Source: an uncultured Clostridia bacterium
GTDB lineage: Bacteria; Bacillota; Clostridia; Lachnospirales; CALKRZ01
Length of the DNA: 39,059 bases
Direction of reading: 5' to 3'
Assembly: GCA_937989765.1 (NCBI GenBank)
Contig: CALKRZ010000001.1
Location: forward strand, 1 to 39,059
The notes below the pieces were generated by a model. That model was given only the letters and a program-made list of their open reading frames with translations. It was not told where the DNA came from and searched no databases. The translations under genes and the position numbers were made by a program. Positions 17,077 to 24,908 of the stretch are shown in pieces (the stretch's first letter is position 1; the number at the start of each line of letters is the position of its first letter).

Positions 17077-17334
17077 CTATATTTCCCATGGCCAGGGTCC
17101 GCATACCCACTGCCAAGGATATTGACTGGGTGCATATCCAAAATGGGTAAGTGGACCAAATTTTACTTCATATGCTCTCCGCAGTTGGATGAGTTGTTGT
17201 GTATACATATTATAGTCAGCTAATGCTTTTTGATGGCGTGGATAATTATCCAAAAACAATCCGAGATCTACAGCTGCAAACTGCAGTTCTTGAATCGCCT
17301 TCATTAAACTTTCGCGGGTCATTAATTCATGCAT
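17077..17334 (-). CDS. cotJB: Spore coat protein CotJB
   Basis: 85 aa. LMKAIQELQFAAVDLGLFLDNYPRHQKAL is typical of CotJB. It lies between cotJA and cotJC. Confidence 0.8.
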   Translation of the reverse strand: MHELMTRESLMKAIQELQFAAVDLGLFLDNYPRHQKALADYNMYTQQLIQLRRAYEVKFGPLTHFGYAPSQYPWQWVCGPWPWEI

Positions 17335-17543
17335 ATAACATCCTCCTCGCTAGCCGCTCTACTGCTTTCCATATAAGGATAGTAAAGATTTGGGAAAATA
17401 GTTCCTTTGCGTAATCCCTCTGGCAGTGGGTATAGTGCTGTATAAGGTTGGGCAGGTATATAGGCTCTAGCAAGTCGCATACAAGTCATAGTGGTGGAAA
17501 CAGGAACCGTTTCAGGCATTTCCATAGGATAACCGTAGTTCAC
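17322..17543 (-). CDS. cotJA: Spore coat-associated protein CotJA
   Basis: LARAYIPAQPYTALYPLPEGLRKGTIFPNLYYPY matches the CotJA signature. The start is placed at the second GTG, 9 nt after AAGGAG; the track start at 17552 abuts the RBS. Confidence 0.75.
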   Translation of the reverse strand: MNYGYPMEMPETVPVSTTMTCMRLARAYIPAQPYTALYPLPEGLRKGTIFPNLYYPYMESSRAASEEDVICMN

Positions 17544-17625
17544 AACGTTCACTCCTTTTTGGTTACTTCCATATCATCATATACAGGGACAAAAAGTTTG
17601 GTGAAGGAAGAAAAATGCAAAGATG

Positions 17626-17654
17626 TTCAAGTAGATGATCTTTTTTGGTATAAT
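17626..17654 (+). promoter_or_regulatory. Promoter of the Dabb gene
   Basis: TTCAAG, a 17-nt spacer, then TGgTATAAT (extended -10). Confidence 0.5.
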
Positions 17655-17676
17655 AGATAAAAAGGAGTGGATATCT

Positions 17677-17976
17677 ATGGTTAAACATATTGTAATGTGG
17701 AGATTGAAAGAAGAGCGGCAAGCAGAAAAGCAAGAGATTGCGCTACAGGCGCAGAAGGTTTTGGTGGAGCTACAAGATAAAATTTCGGTGTTGAACAGGA
17801 TAGAAGTAGGAATTAATTATAATCCATCAGAGTCGGCTTATGACATTGTACTATATTCAGAATTTGACTCTAAAGAGGATTTGGAGATCTATCAAAAGCA
17901 CCCCGCACATGTAGAGGTAGCTGTATTTATTGGACAAATCACGCAAAGTCGTGCAGTGGTAGACTATGAGCTGTAG
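17677..17976 (+). CDS. Dabb-family (stress-responsive alpha/beta barrel) protein
   Basis: AAAGGAG RBS. MVKHIVMWRLKE...YDIVLYSEFDSKEDLEIYQKHPAHV is typical of Dabb/DUF1330-like barrels. The upstream part of the track ORF was discarded. Confidence 0.75.
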   Translation: MVKHIVMWRLKEERQAEKQEIALQAQKVLVELQDKISVLNRIEVGINYNPSESAYDIVLYSEFDSKEDLEIYQKHPAHVEVAVFIGQITQSRAVVDYEL

Positions 17977-18027
17977 AAGAGCAATGCCATCAGGCTGTAG
18001 ATAGAAGGCTGCATAATAACCAGGACG

Positions 18028-18044
18028 TAACGAAAACGATTTCG
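18028..18044. promoter_or_regulatory. LacI-family-type operator candidate (TAACGAAAACGATTTCG), copy 1
   Basis: 14-bp CG-centred near-palindrome CGAAAACGATTTCG. The identical 17-mer recurs at 33038-33054, upstream of the sugar ABC operon. Confidence 0.5.
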
Positions 18045-18143
18045 ATTAATAGGTATAAGAAAGATAAGTATAGGTTATTTTTATATCATGAAAGAGGAAG
18101 GAAGAATCGTAAAAGAGGAGTAAAGAAACTTTGTTTATACTAT

Positions 18144-18198
18144 AAGAATAGACTGTAGGGGTGAAGCCATCCTATACAGTCTATTCTTTATATTTTTT
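18144..18198 (+). terminator. Rho-independent terminator 170 nt downstream of the Dabb gene
   Basis: AAGAATAGACTGTA pairs with TACAGTCTATTCTT (14 bp), followed by TATATTTTTT. Confidence 0.65.
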
Positions 18199-18248
18199 GT
18201 CATATAAAGTTATTGTGTAATGGTAGATAAATATAAGGTTTCGGAAGT

Positions 18249-18258
18249 TTTCGCGAAA
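18249..18258. promoter_or_regulatory. Perfect 10-bp palindrome TTTCGCGAAA abutting the pgmB promoter
   Basis: Self-complementary. It lies 5 nt upstream of the -35 hexamer and shares TTTCG/CGAAA half-sites with the 17-mer operator. Confidence 0.35.
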
Positions 18259-18263
18259 TACAA

Positions 18264-18292
18264 TTGAAAAATAATCGATGATGGTATATAAT
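18264..18292 (+). promoter_or_regulatory. Sigma-A-type promoter of the pgmB-GH65 operon
   Basis: TTGAAA, a 17-nt spacer, then TATAAT. Confidence 0.6.
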
Positions 18293-18324
18293 AAAAGTAT
18301 ATTATACCAAGGAGGTCATTGGCC

Positions 18325-18990
18325 GTGAAATTAAAAGCTGCATTATTCGACATGGACGGTGTATTAACTGATACTGTGCCTCTGCACTATAAAGCATGGC
18401 ATAGAATGTTTACTGGGCAGGGATATGAATTTGATTTTGATATTTACAAAGCTAAAGTAGATGGGAAACCTCGTATGACGGGGATTCGAAGTGTAGCTGT
18501 AGATGTTTCGGATGAACAACTGGATCGTATGGCAGATGAAAAACAACAATATTTTCTTGACTTTGTGGAGAATGAACCTCCAGAGAAATTTTCGGATGCA
18601 GTGCAGCTTATTCAAGAAATGAAACAAAGAGGGCTAAAAATAGCAGTAGCTTCTTCTAGTAAAAACACTGTCCAGATTTTAAATAAGCTTGGCATATACG
18701 ATATGTTTGACGCTGTAGTAACAGGAAATGACATTAAGAAGGGCAAGCCTGATCCAGAGATTTTTCTCACAGCAGCAGAAAGAATGGGTATAGAGCCTAT
18801 ACACTGCGTTGTGTTTGAAGATGCGATTGAAGGAGTAAAAGCAGGTGTGGCAGCAGGCATGTTGACCATTGGGGTGTGTCGTCATGGAAACAGGGATGAA
18901 TTATCCCATGCAGATATTCGAGTAGAAAAATTAGATGAACTTACAGTAGATCATTTGAATGAAAAACTAGAGGCATATCATAAAGCATGA
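18325..18990 (+). CDS. pgmB: Beta-phosphoglucomutase (HAD superfamily)
   Basis: AAGGAGG lies 9 nt before the GTG at 18325 (the track's TTG at 18319 is too close). HAD motif I FDMDGVLTDT. Motifs ...SSSKN... and ...FEDAIEGVKAG.... Immediately precedes a GH65 phosphorylase. Confidence 0.85.
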   Translation: MKLKAALFDMDGVLTDTVPLHYKAWHRMFTGQGYEFDFDIYKAKVDGKPRMTGIRSVAVDVSDEQLDRMADEKQQYFLDFVENEPPEKFSDAVQLIQEMKQRGLKIAVASSSKNTVQILNKLGIYDMFDAVVTGNDIKKGKPDPEIFLTAAERMGIEPIHCVVFEDAIEGVKAGVAAGMLTIGVCRHGNRDELSHADIRVEKLDELTVDHLNEKLEAYHKA

Positions 18991-19014
18991 AAGCAAACGG
19001 AGGAGGAACTTTTA

Positions 19015-21285
19015 ATGAAATTATCAGCACAGCAGTGGCTTATTACCCAAGAAGAGTTTTTGATATCTAGTGCCCAAGAAACAAATTTTACCATGGCAAA
19101 TGGATATATTGGCATTCGAGGAACCCATGAAGAAATGCTCCCAGGAGAAGTATTAGGGACTTTTGTAGCAGGACTATACGATCAGTCAGAAGCACAGGTC
19201 TCTGAGTTTGTTAATATTCCGTATTTTTGGGGGCTTCGCATATATATCAATAGACAATATCTAGACCCTACTGTATGCAAAGTACTAGAGTATAAAAGAG
19301 TACTGGATATGAAACAGGGGCTTTTATATAAATTCATCAGAGTAAAAGACAAGCAAGGTCGTATTACTAAAATCGAAGGGTATCGCTTTGTGAGTATTGC
19401 AGATCGCAATCTATGCCCTATGACATATACAGTCACACCAGAAAATTATGATGCTATTTTAAATATAGAAAGCATTATGAATGGTGTAGTATGTAATACA
19501 GAAGCAGATCCTAAAGAAAGAGTAAAGCACTTTGTCATAAGCAAAATGACAGATGATAAAGATGGGATCTATATAGAAGCAGCTACACGAGAAAAAGACT
19601 ATAAAATAGGTATTGCTTCTAGCCTTCAAGTACTTCATGAAGGTAAAAATGCAGGCTTTAATCGATATGCAAGAATCTTGGGAGAAGTAATGACAGAAAA
19701 CATCGAAGTACAGGTGACGCAAGGAAGTACCTATACGATAAATAAATATACTGCTTTGGTATCTTCTAGAGAAACAGCAAAAGATAATGTGAGACCTAAG
19801 GCAAAGGCGTTATTAGATGGATCTATTGAGCTAGGGATAGAAGTACTGCTTAACAAGCATGTACAAGCTTTAGATCAGCTTTGGAACGTGACAGATATCA
19901 AGATTGTGGGGGATGAACAGGCTGATGTGAGTCTGCGGTTTAATTTATTCCACTTGATGAGCTGTGCCAATGAAGACGATGAAAGAGTGAGTATTGGAGC
20001 CAAAGGGATTCATGGAGAAGGGTATAAAGGTCATGTATTTTGGGATACAGAAATTTTCATGCTGCCTTTTTTCATCTACAGTAATCCTAAAGCGGCTAAA
20101 ACGCTACTCATGTATCGATATCATCTCTTGGATGCAGCACGTGACAATGCCAAAAAAAATGGATATAAAGGAGCACAGTATCCATGGGAATCAGCAGATA
20201 CAGGGGTAGAAGAAACGCCAAGATGGGGCGTAGATTATGTAGGTAATCCTGTACGAATCTGGACAGGAGATATCGAATATCATATTACAGCAGATATTGC
20301 ATTTGCGATCAGAGAATATATCAGAGCAACAGATGATATGGAGTTTTTTCTTCGCTATGGGGCTGAAATGTTTTTAGAAACAGCACGTTTTTGGGTCTAC
20401 AGGGGAGAATACAATAAAGAGATGGATCGCTATGAAATTAATGATGTGATTGGCCCAGATGAATTCCATGAGCATTGTAACAATAATTGCTATACCAATT
20501 ATTTAGCAAAATGGAATATAGAAAGAGCGTTTGAATATATTTCGATGATGCAAGAGCAGTATCCACATGAATACAGCCGACTGGTAACGAAGATCGGATT
20601 GGCACAAGAAGAATTGGATTTCTGGAGAGAAGTGTCTCAGAAGATTTATATTCCATTTAATCCTGAAGATGGATTGATGGAACAATTTGAAGGATACTTT
20701 AAGCTAGAAGATAAACTTATTACAGAGTATGATGAAAATAATATGCCTGTATGGCCAGAAGGAATCAATCTAGCCCGACTCGATGAGTATCAACTACTTA
20801 AACAAGCCGATGTGATTATGCTTATGCATCTTCTAGGCGAAGAATTTGATATGGAAACAAAGAGGATCAATTTTGCATATTATGAAAAGCGGACAATGCA
20901 TAAATCTTCTTTAAGCCCAAGCTTATATTCATTGATGGGGGTTGTAGTAGGAGATCACTCTAAGGCATATGAATACTTTATGAGAACTGCCTTGGTAGAT
21001 CTAGTAGACAACCAAGGAAATGCATGGTTGGGGCTTCACTCAGCCAGTACAGGGGGCACATGGCAGACGGCTGTATTTGGTTTTGGAGGCATGAGCATTG
21101 ATAAAGAAGGCGTGCTCGCATTTAATCCATGGCTGCCAGATCAGTGGCAATCTATGGAGTTTACGATAGCTTGGAAAAAACGTGTATTAGGTGTAAAAAT
21201 TACTAGGGATTCTGTAGATGTGAAACTGAAAGAGGGAGAAAGCGGACTACCCGTTCGTCTTTGCGACCAAATTATAATGTTATAG
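19015..21285 (+). CDS. Glycoside hydrolase family 65 disaccharide phosphorylase (maltose/kojibiose/nigerose/trehalose type; specificity unresolved)
   Basis: 756 aa. HGEGYKGHVFWDTEIFMLPFF and the following (alpha/alpha)6 region are typical of GH65. Paired with pgmB. Confidence 0.9.
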   Translation: MKLSAQQWLITQEEFLISSAQETNFTMANGYIGIRGTHEEMLPGEVLGTFVAGLYDQSEAQVSEFVNIPYFWGLRIYINRQYLDPTVCKVLEYKRVLDMKQGLLYKFIRVKDKQGRITKIEGYRFVSIADRNLCPMTYTVTPENYDAILNIESIMNGVVCNTEADPKERVKHFVISKMTDDKDGIYIEAATREKDYKIGIASSLQVLHEGKNAGFNRYARILGEVMTENIEVQVTQGSTYTINKYTALVSSRETAKDNVRPKAKALLDGSIELGIEVLLNKHVQALDQLWNVTDIKIVGDEQADVSLRFNLFHLMSCANEDDERVSIGAKGIHGEGYKGHVFWDTEIFMLPFFIYSNPKAAKTLLMYRYHLLDAARDNAKKNGYKGAQYPWESADTGVEETPRWGVDYVGNPVRIWTGDIEYHITADIAFAIREYIRATDDMEFFLRYGAEMFLETARFWVYRGEYNKEMDRYEINDVIGPDEFHEHCNNNCYTNYLAKWNIERAFEYISMMQEQYPHEYSRLVTKIGLAQEELDFWREVSQKIYIPFNPEDGLMEQFEGYFKLEDKLITEYDENNMPVWPEGINLARLDEYQLLKQADVIMLMHLLGEEFDMETKRINFAYYEKRTMHKSSLSPSLYSLMGVVVGDHSKAYEYFMRTALVDLVDNQGNAWLGLHSASTGGTWQTAVFGFGGMSIDKEGVLAFNPWLPDQWQSMEFTIAWKKRVLGVKITRDSVDVKLKEGESGLPVRLCDQIIML

Positions 21286-21297
21286 ATATAGCTTTTA

Positions 21298-21326
21298 CAG
21301 CATGGCAGATGATCTGCCATGCTGTA
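21298..21326. other. Perfect 14-bp-stem hairpin after the GH65 gene (no U-tract)
   Basis: ACAGCATGGCAGAT-g-ATCTGCCATGCTGT. No T-run on either strand. Confidence 0.5.
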
Positions 21327-21604
21327 TCTATATATAGATGCTAGGGTCAACGAAAAGTATGGGATTGGCTGAAAGATAGGAATCAGCTACTTTGTAACCT
21401 ATAGGAGTGAATATTGAACCATCTGTAGAATAAGAAAATATATTTTCTATAGACGTGAGATGATTTTTGTGTAAAAATATTGAAAGATAGAGTTCATTTG
21501 GTGTATTCTATATATGTTTTTTTATCCTAAAGTTGCCTAAGGTACAATTGTAGAGTAACAAGGAATTTTCTTTTTTTATACAGGGAAGAATGGGGGTATA
21601 ATAG

Positions 21605-22642
21605 ATGAGACAAAAAGCGATAACAATCAAGGATATAGGTAGAGAGTTAGGCATTTCACCGAGTACTGTATCTAGAGCGCTTAATAATTATGCGGATATC
21701 AATAAAGAAACCCGAGATAAAGTGATGCAAGTGGCTAAAAAGTTAAATTATACCCCGAATGTGATCGCCAGAAGTTTGGTGACTAATTCTACCAATCGCA
21801 TTGGCGTTTTAGTAGAAGACTTTGATATAGAAGGGGTATATAATGCATTTTATTATGAAATCCTTACAGGATTTAAACGGAGCGCTATGGAAAATGGATA
21901 CGAAGTAGTTCTGCTCTCTACTACTTCAGAAGAGCAAAAACAGGTTCCTTTTGAAAGACTTATTATAGAAAAGCAACTTGCAGGTGTTTTTGTCATGGGA
22001 CTTAGGACGGATGATGAATACTTCAAAAAACTCCAAGAGATAGAGTCTCCAGTCGTATTATTTGATATACCCATCAAAAAGCCTAACATGGGGTATATAT
22101 CAGTCAATAATATAGAGGCGGCTAAAATGGCGATGGAGCATTTGATAGGTCTTGGACATAGGAAGATTGCCTATGTCAATGGACATAAATGGGCGTATGT
22201 GAGTGAAGAGCGGCTCAATGGGTATTTGTTATCTCTTATGAAAAATAATATTGCGTATGACCCTAGCTTATGCTTTGAAGGAGACTATACTGAAGAAAGT
22301 GGTGTAAGAGCAGCAGAATATTTAATGGATAAGGGCATGACAGCCATATTTTTTGCCAGTGATATGATGGCAATCGGAGCCATGAAAAGATTGCAGCAAT
22401 TGGGATATGAGATTCCGACAGATCTATCCATCGTAGGATTTGACAATATTAATCTGTCTAGCTACATTACGCCCACATTGACCACGGTCAACCAAGATAA
22501 GTATGAGTTAGGGAGAACAGCGTATGTGATTTTAAGCAATCTAATTGCAAAGCAACCCATCAATCAAGTGATGTTGGATGCAGAATTGATTATCAGGCAT
22601 TCTACTGCAGCACCCTTAACGCCAAAGCAGGGCAAAAAATAA
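21605..22642 (+). CDS. LacI-family transcriptional regulator
   Basis: N-terminal HTH ITIKDIGRELGISPSTVSRALNN followed by a periplasmic-binding-protein-like sugar-binding core. Confidence 0.9.
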   Translation: MRQKAITIKDIGRELGISPSTVSRALNNYADINKETRDKVMQVAKKLNYTPNVIARSLVTNSTNRIGVLVEDFDIEGVYNAFYYEILTGFKRSAMENGYEVVLLSTTSEEQKQVPFERLIIEKQLAGVFVMGLRTDDEYFKKLQEIESPVVLFDIPIKKPNMGYISVNNIEAAKMAMEHLIGLGHRKIAYVNGHKWAYVSEERLNGYLLSLMKNNIAYDPSLCFEGDYTEESGVRAAEYLMDKGMTAIFFASDMMAIGAMKRLQQLGYEIPTDLSIVGFDNINLSSYITPTLTTVNQDKYELGRTAYVILSNLIAKQPINQVMLDAELIIRHSTAAPLTPKQGKK

Positions 22643-22643
22643 T

Positions 22644-22812
22644 GGATCTCAGAAAAAGTATGTGGTGGTAAGGTAAATATATAAATCTGGAAACAACTGC
22701 AACAAAGGAGCACGTCCCAGATTTCAACTAAACTTACCCTTTGCACAAGTGCGATTTTGCAGCTGCTTCTAGATTTATATATTTGCCTTACCACATACTT
22801 TTTCTGAGATCC
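22644..22812 (+). mobile_element. Family-1 foldback repeat, copy C (169 bp, intact)
   Basis: Terminal inverted repeat GGATCTCAGAAAAAGTATGTGG / CCACATACTTTTTCTGAGATCC. Flanked by AAAATAAT at 22636-22643 and 22813-22820. Starts 2 nt after the lacI-family stop codon. Confidence 0.85.
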
Positions 22813-22858
22813 AAAATAATAGAACCTCGAGAGGTTCTATTATTTTTTGCCCTGCTTT
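22813..22858. terminator. Bidirectional terminator hairpin (remnant of a 28-bp palindrome split by copy C)
   Basis: AAAATAATAGAACCTC..GAGGTTCTATTATTTT followed by TTGCCCTGCTTT. The right arm (22839-22858) is the reverse complement of 22624-22643. Confidence 0.65.
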
Positions 22859-23226
22859 AATCCAACGATGAAGATACCTGCCAAATCTACTTTGACTAAC
22901 TTTTTGGTAGGGAGCTTTTCAAATACTTTGTCATCGCAGAGTAGCGTCATGATTTGAGGACCGACTTTTGCTTTGACTAAGGGCATTTTGCGGAATCGGT
23001 ACATTTTGGGGATCTGATCCATGACGGATTTTGGCAAGTTTGCCTTTGTAACCCTTTGCTTTTTCTTGTCAATGACAAGGATGGATGTAGTTACTTTATG
23101 TTGCTGGATTAGGCTTTGTTGATCTGACAATTTTTTTATTAATTTTTTTCGGAGAAAGTAAAATCCGACTCCTAAAAGAGCCAGTACAATTACGATAATA
23201 CTAATGGTTATAAAGATCTGCGGCAC
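22840..23226 (-). CDS. Small N-terminally anchored membrane protein, function unknown
   Basis: GTG start with GGAGG 7 nt upstream. One TM (IFITISIIVIVLALLGVGFYF). Lys-rich soluble part. No motif recognised. Confidence 0.5.
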   Translation of the reverse strand: MPQIFITISIIVIVLALLGVGFYFLRKKLIKKLSDQQSLIQQHKVTTSILVIDKKKQRVTKANLPKSVMDQIPKMYRFRKMPLVKAKVGPQIMTLLCDDKVFEKLPTKKLVKVDLAGIFIVGLKQGKK

Positions 23227-23386
23227 ATGTAATCCTCCTTTGTATAGTATACACCTATTGTATCACTGAAATAGAAAATAGAAAATAGGAAATGAATTAT
23301 TTTTCGATTTAAGGGTAACAAAACAACAAAATTTGGTATAATATAGAGAGTGCTTTTTTAAAAGTATATATAATAGGGGGACCCGT

Positions 23387-24841
23387 ATGGATATCACCCA
23401 AGGCTTTGTTTGGTTTATTGAACATATATTTTTAATTAATATTCTGCTGGCGATATTACTCGTGTTTTTTGAGAGAAAAAACCCCACCTCTACGTGGGCT
23501 TGGCTTATGATATTGTTTTTCATACCCGTTTTTGGGTTTATCGTGTATTTGATGTTTGGGCAAGATTCGCGCAAAAAGAAAGTATTTGACTTAAAACAGG
23601 AAGAAGAACAACAGCTTACGGAGATGATCCGAAAACAAAAAGAGGTGTTGGACAAAAACAATCTTGTGCTCAATGATCCCCATATGGAATCCCATCAAGA
23701 TCTAATTACTTTCCATCTGAAAAGTAGTGGTGCTTTATATAGTCAGGATAATGCTGTAGACCTCTTTTATGAGGGAAATGCGAAGTTTGATGCGCTTCTT
23801 AAAGATATAGAAGCAGCCAAAACGTATATTCACATAGAATATTATATTATTCGAAATGATGAGTTAGGTCAAAAACTTATGGCAGCTTTAACTGAAAAAG
23901 CAAGAGAAGGAATAGAAGTAAAGCTTTTATATGATGGAATGGGATGTATTCGTGTACCGCCCAAGTTTTTTAGGCCTCTTATACAAGCAGGAGGAAGAGT
24001 AACGAGTTTTTTGCCCCCTTTTCTTCCCTACGTAAATCTGCGCCTAGATTATCGTAATCATAGGAAAATCTGTGTCATCGATGGAAAGAGTGGCTATATC
24101 GGAGGGCTGAATGTCGGGAATGAGTATTTAGGTTTGTCCCGAAAATTTGGATTTTGGAGAGACACCCATCTAAGGATTGCAGGAAGTGCAGTGGATCAAC
24201 TAGAGCTTCGGTTTTCACTAGACTGGAAATTTGCAGCTAAGGAAGAAATTTCTTTTGATGAAAAATATTTTCCAACCAGGATTAGTAAAAGAGGTACGGG
24301 TATGCAGATTGTATCTAGCGGTCCTGATTCAAAATGGAGTGCGATCAAAAAAGGGTATTTTAAAATGATTACAGAAGCCAATGACCGAGTATATATACAA
24401 ACGCCGTATTTTATACCTGATGATAGTATTTTTGAAGCGCTGCGGGTGGCAGCCTTATCAGGGATTGATGTTCGAGTGATCATACCCAATCAACCAGATC
24501 ATCTCTTTGTATATTGGGCATCTCTATCCTATGTAGGAGAATTATTAAAGGCTGGGGTAAAGTGTTATACGTATCAAAAAGGCTTTATACACAGCAAAAT
24601 GATTTTGGTAGATGGGGTGCTCAGTACGGTAGGATCAGCCAATCTGGATATTCGAAGCTTTAAACTTAATTTTGAAGTCAATGCCTTTATTTATGATCAG
24701 CAGATCACCCAGAAGTTAGAAGAGCAGTATCTGAAAGATTTGGATGTGTGCAAGGAAATTACCCTAGAAGAATATCATAAGTACTCTAAGTGGATTAAAA
24801 TGAAAGAGTCTGTATCGAGGCTCCTTTCTCCGATACTATGA
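23387..24841 (+). CDS. cls: Cardiolipin synthase
   Basis: Two N-terminal TM segments. Two HKD motifs, HRKICVIDG and HSKMILVDG...GSANLD. Confidence 0.9.
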   Translation: MDITQGFVWFIEHIFLINILLAILLVFFERKNPTSTWAWLMILFFIPVFGFIVYLMFGQDSRKKKVFDLKQEEEQQLTEMIRKQKEVLDKNNLVLNDPHMESHQDLITFHLKSSGALYSQDNAVDLFYEGNAKFDALLKDIEAAKTYIHIEYYIIRNDELGQKLMAALTEKAREGIEVKLLYDGMGCIRVPPKFFRPLIQAGGRVTSFLPPFLPYVNLRLDYRNHRKICVIDGKSGYIGGLNVGNEYLGLSRKFGFWRDTHLRIAGSAVDQLELRFSLDWKFAAKEEISFDEKYFPTRISKRGTGMQIVSSGPDSKWSAIKKGYFKMITEANDRVYIQTPYFIPDDSIFEALRVAALSGIDVRVIIPNQPDHLFVYWASLSYVGELLKAGVKCYTYQKGFIHSKMILVDGVLSTVGSANLDIRSFKLNFEVNAFIYDQQITQKLEEQYLKDLDVCKEITLEEYHKYSKWIKMKESVSRLLSPIL

Positions 24842-24908
24842 TCATCAGAGAAATCGTGTGAATGAATTCTAAAAGGGAGATCCTAAGAAAGAAGGATGGA
24901 GGAAGCAT

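Noticed and set aside
17058-17159. A 34-aa N-terminal extension of the cotJC ORF overlaps cotJB.
   Set aside because: The conserved CotJC/Mn-catalase sequence begins at MWVYEKK, which is preceded by AGGAGG. The extension overlaps the cotJB coding frame.
18088-18123. An 11-codon ORF (MKEEGRIVKEE) in the Dabb-pgmB spacer. I considered a leader peptide.
   Set aside because: It has no RBS and no obvious attenuator alternative pairing with the downstream terminator.
21594-21599. A TATAAT hexamer lies 5 nt upstream of the lacI-family ATG. I considered a leaderless-mRNA promoter.
   Set aside because: The spacing does not fit a transcript starting at the ATG. The adjacent GGGGG run is better read as the RBS, and no matching -35 is present.
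22564-22794. Two similar ORFs from the six-frame track run through repeat copies C and D: 76 aa at 22564-22794 (-) and 64 aa at 26299-26493 (+). They share MVR.IYKS..CKIALVQR...IWD.LLCCSCFQIYIF.LPPHTFSEI. I considered a conserved small hydrophobic peptide or a type I toxin.
   Set aside because: The similarity simply reflects 91 percent DNA identity of the repeat. Neither ORF has an RBS. One starts inside the lacI-family coding region and the other uses a GTG with no SD and runs antisense into malQ. Copy A has no start codon in that frame and copy B is interrupted. The arm substitutions preserve base pairing rather than codons.
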